A DNA stretch of 61,517 nt, counting the filler, from Stramenopiles sp. TOSAG23-2 (taxonomy: Eukaryota): the NCBI GenBank assembly GCA_900128395.1. It is 5 parts of 5 records of this genome, joined end to end, with 100 filler letters (N's around TTAATTAATTAA, not from the genome) between each part and the next. Parts side by side here need not be neighbours in the genome. Positions count along the whole stretch, not along the records: positions 12,368 to 24,595 come from LT649868.1; positions 24,696 to 36,919 come from LT649869.1; 3 more parts are not named here. One strand, given 5' to 3'. Below are positions 12,933 through 24,873 of this stretch, in pieces. Made by a program: the position numbers and the translations under genes. The notes beneath the pieces are model-generated. The model made no database searches and was not told the origin of the DNA. It saw only the letters and a list, made by a program, of their open reading frames with translations. How positions within the stretch are numbered: the stretch's first letter is position 1; the number at the start of each line of letters is the position of its first letter.

Positions 12933-13947
12933 ATGTCAAGAGTATTTTTTAAAACAGTAAATAAGCCATTATTGGCAAGAAAATTTACAGCTGGTTCAAC
13001 AGCCTCATCAAAGAAAGTTGCAGTTGTATTTGGTGCCGGTGATGCAACTGGTGCATCTTGTTGCCGTGCTTTTGCAAAAGATGGTTTTGATGTAATAGCA
13101 GTAAGACGTAACAAAGGTGCATTTAGTGGTACACTTGAGCGAATGTCGACAAAATTTAAATCAGAAGGTATTGATAATGTTTATGGATACGCCATTGATG
13201 CAAGAAAAGAGGAACAGGTTATACAACTGTTGGATGAAGTTGAAACGAAGTTTGGTCCAATTAGTCTAGCAATTCATAATATTGGACCAAATGTAGGCCA
13301 AAGCGTGTTAGAGGGTACGACACAACGTTATCAAAAGATGTTTGAAATAGCAGCAACATCATCGTTAATTGTTGGCCGAGAAGTTGCTAATCGTATGTTA
13401 AAAAATAAAATTGACAATGGTTGTATATTTTTCACCGGCGCTACATCTTCATTAAGAGGGAAATCTATGTTTTCTGCATTCGCATCAGCAATGGGTAAGT
13501 ATATATAATTATATATGATGATGAAATATAATGATTCTATTTTTTATTATTTATATATATATGTATATGTGCATATCTTTACTACGTATGAAAGGAAAAA
13601 CTAACTATTTTGTTTCTTTTTTTTTTTTTAATTTATGTCATGTGAAATGTTATCAAACCCCGACGTGTTGTTTAGGTGCAAAGAGACAGCTTGCGCAATC
13701 CATGTCAAGAGAATTAGGCCCAAAAGGTTTACATATTGCTCATATTATTGTTGATGGTATTATAGAAACACCATTTCATGCTAGCGATGCATCTCCAGTA
13801 CCTAGAGATGTTTGGCATCGGCGTTTACCAAATGATGGTATTATTGATCCTGAAAATATTGCAGAAGCATTTCTATTTTTAAGTAAACAAAAAAAAAATG
13901 CCTGGACTTTTGAAATGGATCTAAGGCCTTGGGATGAACAATGGTAG
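12933..13947 (+). CDS. Short-chain dehydrogenase/reductase (atypical, bacterial-like subfamily); exons 12933-13494, 13676-13947 (~277 aa)
   Basis: VFGAGDATG Rossmann motif, HNIG, FTGATSSLRG, ELGPKGLHIAHIIVDG, C-terminal WTFEMDLRPWDEQW. Intron 13495-13675. The N-terminus from ATG 12933 is basic and Ser-rich (possible mitochondrial presequence). Confidence 0.88.
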
Positions 13948-14196
13948 AGAAATATATCATATTTTTACGAAAAAATTATATCAGACTCTCTGGTATATTT
14001 ATTTTAAATATATATATAATACGGTATATTTATTTTCATTTTAAACACACTGAAAGTATGTTATTTATCCATTAATAAATATGATACGTATCATACTTGT
14101 AAAATGTACGCGTGTTTAAAAATACGGCGTAATGCATTTACGTACCGAATGATGTATACGAACCACATATATTATATATATTAATATAAATGTGTA

Positions 14197-14407
14197 TTTA
14201 AATCATTTTTGATTTGAGATGTTAATTTCCGGGAGTAAAAGAAATTTATATATCATTATATATAATATATATGAGTAAGAGAATATGATAATATATATTT
14301 TTTTAAATCATTTTTGATTTGAGATGTTAATTTCCGGGAGTAAAAGAAATTTATATATCATTATATATAATATATATGAGTAAGAGAATATGATAATATA
14401 TATTTTT
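14197..14407. repeat. ~105-bp tandem duplication between the convergent SDR genes
   Basis: TTTAAATCATTTTTGATTTGAGATGTTAATTTCCGGGAGTAAAAG...GATAATATATATTTTTT occurs twice head-to-tail. Confidence 0.9.
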
Positions 14408-14583
14408 TAATATCATATTTTAAATATTATGCATATATAAAATATTTATTAATATTATATGTGTTTTTCTCTTACTCATATTATATATAATTTAATATAT
14501 ATAAATAATATTTTTATTAACAAGCATTAAACGAAAACACACACACTACAAAATGAAACACCCCACACTTTTCATGTGCCCCC

Positions 14584-15456
14584 TTACCAAGTCTCACCAA
14601 ATGGACGTATCCACATATCAAAAGTCCAACTTGAACGATCTTGCTCCACTAAATGATATGTTTCATGAGCAATGGCACTAGGTTGAATGAAATAATCGGA
14701 TGTAGCACCACGTTTCAATGCAGAATTTGCTGGTGGAGTCCCAGCAATTGCAGCATCAATTGTTACATATGCTACGTGAACACCAAGTGGCCCCATATGT
14801 CTAGCAGCAGATTCCATCAAAATACGTTGTCCAGCTTTTGTTGATGCAAATGACCCAAACCAAGCTTTACCTCTGTGTGCGCTGGTATTTCCAGTACAAA
14901 TAATAGTTCCACTTTTATTTTTTATCATATCAGGTCCTAACATTTGAATAAGACGATTTAATCCCAACATGTTCACTTCAAAATTATTAGATAAATCTGA
15001 TAATTTCCATTCCATAATGTTTTTACCAGCACCATCTGCACGAACAGCATTATGGACCAACACAGATGGGGCACCATAATCTCTCCTAATTTTCCCAATA
15101 ACACTTTCAACTTGATTTTCATCAGCAACATCGCAGGCATATCCAGTAGCTTCAAGCCCTTTATCTGTTAATTCTTTCGCTAACTTATCAACACGTTCTT
15201 GATTTCGCGCTAATAAACACGTTTTCCAACCCATCTCAGCAAATTTAGCAGCAATTGCTTGTCCAGTGCCAGGGCCAACACCTGTAATTACAGCAACATC
15301 CGTTGCATATGACATTGGTTGATGTGGTTTTAGACCTGCTTCAGTCCCTTTTAATTTTTCTGCAGCTGCATCACGAAGTTGATTGGTTGCACCAGATCCA
15401 CGAGTTGATGCAGTTTTATTACGTCTTAATGAATAATTTAATTGTGCCCTACTCAT
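14584..15456 (-). CDS. Short-chain dehydrogenase/reductase (same subfamily as the neighbouring SDR), 290 aa
   Basis: ITGVGPGTG, HNA, CTGNTSAHRG, FASTKAGQR, GPLGVHVAYVTIDA, C-terminal WTFDMWIRPFGETW. Confidence 0.92.
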   Translation of the reverse strand: MSRAQLNYSLRRNKTASTRGSGATNQLRDAAAEKLKGTEAGLKPHQPMSYATDVAVITGVGPGTGQAIAAKFAEMGWKTCLLARNQERVDKLAKELTDKGLEATGYACDVADENQVESVIGKIRRDYGAPSVLVHNAVRADGAGKNIMEWKLSDLSNNFEVNMLGLNRLIQMLGPDMIKNKSGTIICTGNTSAHRGKAWFGSFASTKAGQRILMESAARHMGPLGVHVAYVTIDAAIAGTPPANSALKRGATSDYFIQPSAIAHETYHLVEQDRSSWTFDMWIRPFGETW

Positions 15457-16058
15457 TTTGTTATATACTACGTAATAATAATACTACTAGCAACTAATAA
15501 TGAATCAAAAAAAAATGAATGTAATTTTGTTTTGATCTGTTGTATAATATTTCTAGATGATGTCAATCTATCTAGACTATAATATATGTATCAATATATC
15601 TTTTCTATTCTTAAAATAATTTGATGTTGGGTAGTGTCTTGCACTTCCTTACAGTAGTGGTGCACTAGTATATTTTTATAGAGAGTCGGACTAACAAATA
15701 ATATTGGATTAATATTTGCGAAAATACCATTGAATACCATTACCAGGTATAGTTGGCCTAGCCAGGTATAGCTTAGGCTAGCTCTAGCTAGCTCTATAGC
15801 TTTTCAATGTTGTATTAGCTTTCTCCCTGTGTACGAAGATTCGTAAAAAAATTTATTATTTTTTATTTTTTTTATATATTTAAACACAATATTTTCAAAT
15901 ATAAAAAAGAATTAACCCCATCAAAAATAATTAAAATTCTCCAATAGACTACACTCTCTCCTTTTTTTTTTTTTAAGACTCATCATTCTTTTCCTCACCA
16001 ATCAATTGTTCATATTCTAATTCATCATTATTTTGCCCCGTTGTATCGGATGTTTTAA

Positions 16059-16242
16059 TGACTAAATAACTACGAAATACATACCAATATGTATATAACA
16101 ATGCAGCAAATAATACAACACATGTGGAATACGTAACTAAAACAATAAATTGACTAAATAACTACGAAATACATACCAATATGTATATAACAATGCAGCA
16201 AATAATACAACACATGTGGAATACGTAACTAAAACAATAAAT
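16059..16242. repeat. Perfect 92-bp tandem duplication in the ferroportin 3' end
   Basis: 16059-16150 equals 16151-16242, with TGAC microhomology at the junction. Confidence 0.92.
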
Positions 16243-18053
16243 TGACGAGGATCATGGAAAATCATACCTAATACTTGTATGAAAACATAAAATAATTGAT
16301 AGGAAGCACGTTGAATACTACTAAATGCACCACGTTCCATTTCTTTTACATTGTCTTGAGTCAGTTGAGTGATCACTAAATCATAGGACCATAAACCAAT
16401 TCTACTAGCAGCCATTGAACCCATTAATACAAAATCAGTAATACGACTTTCACCAGCTATGTAAAACGATACTACGCCTGGAAATAAAATAATCCAAAAC
16501 AACCAAATTGCTATAAGTCCGGAACGTTCAACTGATTTAAACACAGATTTAATGGCTAAAAAAACTGCAGTACCACACAAACCAAATACGGCACCTAAAC
16601 CACGTCCAAAACCAAAATATACCGGTGGCACACCTCGCCATTGCAAATACGATGTCATTAACGCGCCATTATCCAATACTGTCATCCATAACAACGTATA
16701 TGATAAACTTGCATAAAATATTGGATGTTTTAAATAGACTTTAAAAAAATTATCACAACAACCTGTTTTTATTTGATTTGCATTGTTATCATTGCCGTTA
16801 TCAACACTAAATGAATTTATCACACGAGTTTGTTTTGGATCATTTAAATCTATTACATCCCCATGTTCTTCATGAGAATGTAAAATCGGCCCATCATGAT
16901 AATGTATTGTACTATCTTCATGTTTATGAAGAAAATGTTTATGTTCAATATGCCCATTTTCATGTGCATGTGTTGTACCATCATCATGCGTATGAACTTT
17001 CATTTTCAATCGTGGAAACGATTCATAAACTCTCGTATTTAAAATCAATTCCACGGGGAAGGAAATGATATTCCAGAAACTAATCATTAATGCACCATAA
17101 AATATACGTGTGCGAACATCAGTTCCAATAAATTGATAAATTGCAGTAAATGCAAGTGGTGCCAATGCTTTGCACGATAAATCTATCCGTCGCAATGTAG
17201 TATTTAATATTCCAACATCTAAATTAGATTCTTTTGACATTACAACTACCCAATCTTTTTCAATGGAAATGGTTTGTACACCATTAAATAATTCACCAAG
17301 TCCACCCAATAATAATAATATAATGTAACTAAACATAATTTGTTTATCACCACTAAATAAAAATTGTTCCTTCAAACCAAGATTTGGGATGTAAATGACC
17401 ATGCAACATACAGTAACACCCGTAAGTGCAACACATGAATTTTCAATCAACAAACCAACACGTTGTACATATATACGCGATGTCTTATCAACCCATACTC
17501 CTAAACTTGGCAATAAAAAAACATTTAAAAGATATACAAAAGCGGCATATAATCCAGTTGGCAATAAAGTGGATTTGAAGATATCAATTAAAAACAAAGG
17601 CACAGCCATTCCCCACATTCGATCACCCCAAGCAGACATGAAATGCGAACCATATAAATACCGTAATGCATCTTTATCACTTGGCTCTTTACCAACACAA
17701 CAAGTGACAAAAATCGATGGTATACTTAATATTATACCAATTATGAACATTGGAATACCTGCATGAGTATTGTACTTTTCCGTTGGTGTTGGTGGTGGTG
17801 GTGGTGTTATACTATGATTCGATGCTGGCATTTGATGATGCCTGTGACTACTAGTAGCATTATTTGCTAAGAAATGTAATGTTGGTGGACATGTTGTTGT
17901 ATTACCTGAAAAACATAAACCTCCAGCTATTATTAATGTGAATGACAATAAAGTTGTAATGGTTAAAATAATATTTTGAAGGCATGACGCAGTTGTTGAT
18001 GTTGTTTTCCTTTCTGTACGCACAGGGGATGAAATATATGATGATGATGACAT
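16137..18053 (-). CDS. FPN: Ferroportin / IREG (SLC40) metal exporter with a His-rich loop; true stop probably 15973-15975
   Basis: LYGSHFMSAWGDRMW (cf. ferroportin TM1 WGDRMW), IEKDWV, LRRID, MTVL, SRIGLWSYDL. First ATG is at 18053. A 92-bp duplication at the 3' end shifts the frame. Confidence 0.9.
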   Translation of the reverse strand: MSSSSYISSPVRTERKTTSTTASCLQNIILTITTLLSFTLIIAGGLCFSGNTTTCPPTLHFLANNATSSHRHHQMPASNHSITPPPPPTPTEKYNTHAGIPMFIIGIILSIPSIFVTCCVGKEPSDKDALRYLYGSHFMSAWGDRMWGMAVPLFLIDIFKSTLLPTGLYAAFVYLLNVFLLPSLGVWVDKTSRIYVQRVGLLIENSCVALTGVTVCCMVIYIPNLGLKEQFLFSGDKQIMFSYIILLLLGGLGELFNGVQTISIEKDWVVVMSKESNLDVGILNTTLRRIDLSCKALAPLAFTAIYQFIGTDVRTRIFYGALMISFWNIISFPVELILNTRVYESFPRLKMKVHTHDDGTTHAHENGHIEHKHFLHKHEDSTIHYHDGPILHSHEEHGDVIDLNDPKQTRVINSFSVDNGNDNNANQIKTGCCDNFFKVYLKHPIFYASLSYTLLWMTVLDNGALMTSYLQWRGVPPVYFGFGRGLGAVFGLCGTAVFLAIKSVFKSVERSGLIAIWLFWIILFPGVVSFYIAGESRITDFVLMGSMAASRIGLWSYDLVITQLTQDNVKEMERGAFSSIQRASYQLFYVFIQVLGMIFHDPRQFIVLVTYSTCVVLFAALLYTYWYVFRSYLVNLLF

Positions 18054-19029
18054 AATTTTATGCAATCGTTTATCTGTTTTATTCTGCCTTATATATTCTT
18101 AAGATGTATATACATATATATATCTTGACAATGTAAATATGTTTGGTTTTTATTTAAATTCCTTTCTGGTGATGATACCCGTGTCTGTGGTATTATAGGT
18201 GCGTATATGGATCTTGTTTTTTTGTTGTTGGTGAATTAATTTTTTACCACAAATTTGTGCTTGCCCGGCTTGGTAGCTCCTCATAATACTGTACAGTACC
18301 AGGTACAGTATTTGGTGCTTGAAGAACTTCTTTTTCTCTTGTTTTCTGTTGCGATGCGCGATGCGGTTGCGTTGTTACTGTACATAGGAAATACATGTAC
18401 ATATAGTCGTAGTGTCTAGCACTATGCGATACCCGACAACCTGTGAATCCACCCAATTCAGATTAACCACCCAAAATTCAGATAAAATACCACCAGGTAC
18501 TGTGTTTGAATTAGGGTAACACCTTCACGTAGTGCTATTCACTGCTACACTTTTTGTCAACTCCAGCTACTATATTTGGAAAACGAAGAGTTTATTCTAG
18601 TTAGGCGAAATCGAAGATGGCCAATCCATCAATGCTATTTCAATGCTAAACCACCTGTCCATCAAAGTGCAAACCACTGGCAAAATAACACCTACAATAT
18701 AGACCATAAGCTGTATGTAAATTGTACATTATATATATGTATATATATATATATGGACGTCGACTTATACAATATTAACATACTATAGAACAAACACAAT
18801 ATCATATCATCAAGTAACTGAGATATTATATATTCAATATATAGTATATCAAGTCATACCGACGCCGTGTATAACAAACAATATATATCATATATAGATA
18901 TATATACATACATTACTATATAATATATCATATAATAGTTTTGTTTATAAAGAGGCAAATAATAATTGCGCAAAATACATAACACATAATAATTGTATTT
19001 AATAATAATAATAATAATAATAATATCAA

Positions 19030-19905
19030 ATGAATTCATCAATGGAAAGTTCAAGCCCAACAACAACAACAGCTATAGCAACAAATAAAGAAGATGGTAT
19101 GTTGTTATCTCCATCATCAGCATCCCCTATTAATAATGATGTTGTAGATGAAATATTAAAGCAAGCAACACCACCGTCACCATCCGTTCTTATTAATAGT
19201 TATGTATATACACCAACTAAACATATATTGAGTTTAGATGGCGGTTCTAGTCGTAGTAATAGTAGCAATAGCATCAATACCAGTAGCCCAACTGGCCAAC
19301 CACAGCAACAAACGGAGAAACAACAGCAGAAACGACAAAACAAAAGCCAGAGGCAGTCACACCAAAAGGCATCTCCTATACCTTTAAAATATTCACCAAC
19401 TTTGTTGTCGGCATCATCACCTATATTAGCAAGGGCAAGTCCAGTAAATGTAGCACTGAGGCATCAGAGTCAATCACCACTTGCATCGAAAGAAAAGACA
19501 CAACCAGTTTTATCCCCGCAATCTGTTGCGTCTGGTCGTAGATTGTTACAACGTAAACGAAAAAGAGGACATTTTGAGAAGAATCATTTGCATCACTTAC
19601 GAAACCGTCGTACTCATGGATCTCAAACGATCGATAGGCGTATTCAAGCCTTAACAAAGCAAAATCCAATAAAACGTGATGCGTTACCCGACATTTTAAC
19701 TATAAACGATATACGCGAAGAGTTGATGATGTTAATATTACGTTACTTACCACGTAATAAAGATTTTTTAAATAATATTTTGTTGACTTCAAAACGTATG
19801 TGGAAGATTGGTAATTCACATTGGTGTTGGATAGATGTCAATGATATCTTACCACCTACACCATCACCCCCTCCCACTACTGTCATGTGTATGTCGTCTA
19901 GTATT

Positions 19906-19936
<31 letters not shown>

Positions 19937-22149
19937 TAAATATATCAACAGAAGAGGATGAACATCAAGTTGTTTTAAATCATCCTCGATATTCCAAACG
20001 TTTAAATTGGGCAAATTTCAAATTTATAAATTGTCGAAAGAAAGGCAATAGTAGTAGTAGTAGTAGTAGTAGTAGTAATAATAATAATAATCATGAAATT
20101 GAGGATGATAGCAATACAAATAAAAATACTTCCACACCACCATCGAAAGACAAAGGCAATAGTAGTAAAGGTAGCAGCAGCAGCAGCAGTTGTTATTATA
20201 GTGGAACAGAAGGTGATTTATTTAAAGCATTACAACGTAGTACAGGAAAATTCATTGCAATAAAAAAAGCACGAGTATACCCTAGACAAGAAGGTGTACC
20301 ATATTATATGTTACGCGAGTTGTCATTTTTGAAGAATTTGTCCCATCCAAATATATCCCAGTTAAAAAATGCATATTTACATAAAGATCAATTATATTGT
20401 TTCTTTGATTTCATTGAATATACGTTGCATGAAGTAATAAATCCCATGCGAAGTAGAAATTGTGGAGAAGCATTATCGGAAAAGCATGCAAAGATGTTTA
20501 CTTTACAGATTTTAGATGGGATTCGTTATTGTCATTCACGTGGAGTACTACATCGTAATTTAAAGCCGAAACATTTATTAGTAAAAATGCGAGATCCAAA
20601 TGATTTATCAACTGCTTGTATTAAAATATGTGATTTTGCATTGGTACGTTCGACGAATATACCAATACGCACATATACAAACGAAGTTGTTACGTTATGG
20701 TATCGTCCACCAGAGGTTTTGATGGGTGATAAATATTTTTTACCAATTGACGTATGGTCCATTGGTTGCATATTTGGTGAAATGTTGCTAGGGAAACCGT
20801 TGTTCCCTGGTATTTCAGAGATCGATCAACTTTTTCAAATATTTAGTACATTAGGTACGCCTTCCCGTAGCGAATGGGAAGGCTTCCAAGAATTGCCAAA
20901 TTATTCATTTGCATTTCCTAATTGGAAGCAGAAAAATATATCGAAAGTATTTCCAAAATTATCCGCAAATGGCAGGCATTTACTATTAAAAACGCTGGTT
21001 ATGGATCCTAGGAAAAGAATTAGTGCACGAGAGGCCGTGGCACATCCATATTTTTCAGACTTGAACTATAATAATTGTCATGTACCTTCGTTTCCACCTA
21101 GAGGTGGGCATAGGGCATTAGGATTAAGAATCAACCACATGGACACGATTGAAAAAGTAAATACAAGTATTTCCATCGATCTGCAACCGTTGCAGAAAAA
21201 ACAGAAAAGAAATGGTATTGTAGTATCCGCTGATGATACTACTACTACTACTACTACTACTAGTAGTAGTAGTAGTAATAATAACGAAGCAGCTGATGCA
21301 ATGATGATGATAAATTCGACTGAAATGGAAGAAAGTTCTATCGCCGTTAATAAAAAAGTAGGAGGTTATACTTTTCATTATTTAGGTGAATTTCATGCTT
21401 TTTTACGTACAGTTGAAAATGAACGATTTCCTTTAGTTGATTGGATGGCGTTGCATAACATTATTAGTTTAAACCATCGGGAAATGTTAGTTGATTGGCT
21501 TGTAGAAGTTGTAGACGTGTTTGACATGAGTATACGAAGCGTATATTTAGCTGTACAATTTGTTGATCGTTACATTGGACAAAAATTAATAAAACGTGAG
21601 TCCTTTCAATTAGTTGGAGCAACCTGTTTACATATTGCATCTAAATGTGAAGATGTTTCTTACATTGGCGTCGAAGATTTAGCTGTATGTGCTGATAATG
21701 TATATTTGTCTCAAGACGTATTATCAAAAGAGGAAGAAATTTTGAATGATTTAGACTTTAATTTATCGTCAGCAACCGTATTAGATTTTGTTATTTTATA
21801 TTTAGAATACTTTCCATATACCGAGCGCAAAAAGGAAGTTGTTTGGTTGTCGCGATACTTGTGCGAATTATCATTGCAACAATATGACTTGTCAGTCTTG
21901 GCACGTCCATCCAAAGTGGCAGCTGCGTGTATTTGTTGGGCATTACATTGTTTGAAATTACCAAAATGGGAATCATGGTTGAGTGCAATATCAGGTTATC
22001 ATTGGCGTACCGTGGAGGCATTGTATGATAGTGTTGCCAATATGCATAAAAAAATAAACGACCAAAGCAATAAATTGAAAGTAATAAAACAACGATATTC
22101 AAAACCAAGGAGAATGCAAGTAGCATTGATTGAGATTCCAAAAGTTTGA
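19030..22149 (+). CDS. F-box-like / CDK pseudokinase / cyclin A-B-like fusion protein, 1039 aa
   Basis: One uninterrupted ORF. F-box-like EELMMLILRYLP...LLTSKRMW. CDK fold: FIAIKK, EGVPYYMLRE, HRNLKPKHLL, DFA, YTNEVVTLWYRPPE, DVWSIGCIFGEM, GISEIDQL. Cyclin box: REMLVDWLVEV, VDRYI, QLVGATCLHIASKCED, EEEILNDLDFNL, PSKVAAA. Confidence 0.93.
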
Positions 22150-22522
22150 AACGAGCGTATATATATATATACCCACCACTTATTCGTATGAAAATGTGGG
22201 GTGAAAAAAAGATTTCTGCAGGGGAGATGAAATTATTAAAAATTTGCGTGTGAAATAAAAATAGTAATGGTACACACGAAAATATTATATTTTCGTATAC
22301 TAATATTAATAATTTCAATATAATTATACGCACATTCAATTTATTTTTTTTTAAATTTTTCACTCACATATGATAATTCCTTTTACGCATATCATACTCT
22401 TCAAAAGAATACAATAACTGAGACATATCTATCTCACACTATGCATTAGTGTGCGTTGATATTCTTCGTACGTACGAAGTATATTACACGGATATATATA
22501 TAACACATATTATATATTATAG

Positions 22523-22566
<44 letters not shown>

Positions 22567-22591
22567 TAATAATACTGACTCGTACTCTTCT

Positions 22592-23734
22592 CTACATCAT
22601 ATCAACATCATCACAACAAATTAAACAACCATCATCATATGCAGCTACCATTGATCCAGTCATACCATCAATATCAATGCTATTACCGACAACTCCATTA
22701 CTAGAACATAAAATATCAAATGATAAATTTACTGATTCAATTGACGTATTATTTTTAGTTGGATCCACTAACATCATATTATTATTATTATTATTATTGA
22801 TAGGATTATTTATATTTGATGATGGAGTATAATCAGATATATTCCAACGTAATATATTACCATCTTGCCCAATTGATAATAGCAAAGATGGATTTTGTGG
22901 ATGAAATTTCATATCCCATATATCCAATGTATGACCAATCATCGATTTCAACAATGGTGTATTTTGTTTCCGAATATCCCATATTTTAATTCCACCATTT
23001 GATTGTCCAGTGACAACGATTTCAGGTCTTGTTGGATGCGTGCATATACAGTTGTTACCAAAACTATTGTTGTTACTACTATTACTACTTAATACTTGCA
23101 TTGGCGCATGATTAGATGCTAATACATCCCATATTTCTAAATCAACTTTCGGTTTATTCCCGACAACTATTATTTTATTTGGATCTTTCAAAAATTTAAC
23201 ATCGTTATACGCTGCACAACTTGTTGTAGAATTGCTCCATGGAGTCGAAAAACCAGTTGGTCGTACAACAGCTAGATCTAACGCTCCACCTTCCGTAACA
23301 CTTGCAACTCTATTGTAGTCTTCAAAAATATCTAAACCGTAAATAGCACTTTGGGTTTCCTGCGACCTTGGAGGTTCCCAAGTTTCTACCATTTTGATTG
23401 ATTTAACATCATCGTATTCTTTTTGAACAATATTTAAATTTAATATACCTTTATCTGTACCATTAACAACAATGGATGTACCACCAGAAGCAGTAGAACC
23501 AGCCATCGATGTAGTAGACCCTTTCGTCACCGTGCTATTTTCTATCTCCCATCCTTTTTCATGCGTCCATGTAGATAAATATAAAACACCATTACCTTGT
23601 TGGTTCGTCCATGAAGTTGCAGAGATAATATCGGGTCGTATTACTGCTTTTGACTGCGAATTTGATTTTAAAAATGTTGCAACTGATTGTGGTAAATTCA
23701 ATTGAGTGACACGTAAAGACGAGGTGGCTTGCAT
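22592..23734 (-). CDS. NUP43: WD40 protein, Nup43-like nucleoporin, 380 aa
   Basis: HPTRPEIVVTGQSNGGIKIWDIRK and GHTLDIWDMKFHPQNPSLLLSIGQDGNILRWN resemble Nup43, and the size fits. WD40 is certain; orthology is less so. Confidence 0.65.
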   Translation of the reverse strand: MQATSSLRVTQLNLPQSVATFLKSNSQSKAVIRPDIISATSWTNQQGNGVLYLSTWTHEKGWEIENSTVTKGSTTSMAGSTASGGTSIVVNGTDKGILNLNIVQKEYDDVKSIKMVETWEPPRSQETQSAIYGLDIFEDYNRVASVTEGGALDLAVVRPTGFSTPWSNSTTSCAAYNDVKFLKDPNKIIVVGNKPKVDLEIWDVLASNHAPMQVLSSNSSNNNSFGNNCICTHPTRPEIVVTGQSNGGIKIWDIRKQNTPLLKSMIGHTLDIWDMKFHPQNPSLLLSIGQDGNILRWNISDYTPSSNINNPINNNNNNNMMLVDPTKNNTSIESVNLSFDILCSSNGVVGNSIDIDGMTGSMVAAYDDGCLICCDDVDMM

Positions 23735-24595
23735 TCTTTTCCCTGTTAAAATACAATATTCTTTAAATTTACATATATATATAGCGATAATATATTTTAC
23801 AATACTGTTTTTAAAAGATCTATCTTGTATTTCTATTTTCTATTTTCTATTTCAATGAATGTAAAAATAGTTTTTTAAAATATTAATTTTTTATTTATGC
23901 ATCAATCCTGGCAATCCTGGAATCCTCCATCCAGCAATCCACAACAATATTACCAAGCACATAGCAGCCGGCCGAATTTGTGCCAAAATATTGTTTTTTT
24001 TTTATTTATCCAAAAAAAAAAAAAACTTCATTAAAATTTTAAAAGTATGTATTTCGTTTGTAGTTTTATAAATATACATATTTGTATGCATAAATATATT
24101 TGTTTCCGTCTGGACTTTGATTAATCGGTGTCTAAATTAAAAATAGAAACCATTTAAAAAAAGTCCCGACACAAAACAATAAATATGAAGGATATTACGA
24201 AAAATTTTATTTTTGGATTAGAAATTATTAAAATTTTAAACAAAAAAAAGTCTTAGAATATATGACTAAGTCGAGGAGAATTTTAGCTCATGGGAGTAAA
24301 AAATATAAAAAAATGATACAACAATCTAAATATTATACTTAAAATAACATTTATTATATTTAATTATACTACAATAGATATTGTAAACAAGTTTTGCCAC
24401 TCAAATCCATATAATGTTCCATTTTCCAACCATTTTTGTCATTTTTTTAAAGATTCATCACTATCATTCTTCAATATGTCACTTTTCATAAAATTTTAAT
24501 AATTTCTAATAATACGCAAATATGCAATCGATATATATATAACAAGACGTAACACCCTGAAAATTGTACAACACCTGCTAAATATAGTTTATAAT

Positions 24596-24695
24596 NNNNN
24601 NNNNNNNNNNNNNNNNNNNNNNNNNNNNNNNNNNNNNNNTTAATTAATTAANNNNNNNNNNNNNNNNNNNNNNNNNNNNNNNNNNNNNNNNNNNN
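24596..24695. other. Artificial contig spacer
   Basis: 44 N + TTAATTAATTAA + 44 N. Confidence 0.99.
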
Positions 24696-24873
24696 TTTTG
24701 AAGAGTAGGAATTATCATGAGTAAATTAAAAATAAATTATGCGTAAATTATATATAAAATTATTTCTCTTATCATACTCATTTAGTTTTATATCTAAGTT
24801 CTCACATGCGATCGTTTGTTTTTTTTTTCACTTTCTCTGTGCTCCCAGTGTTCCTTTTCCATTTCTTTTTTTT

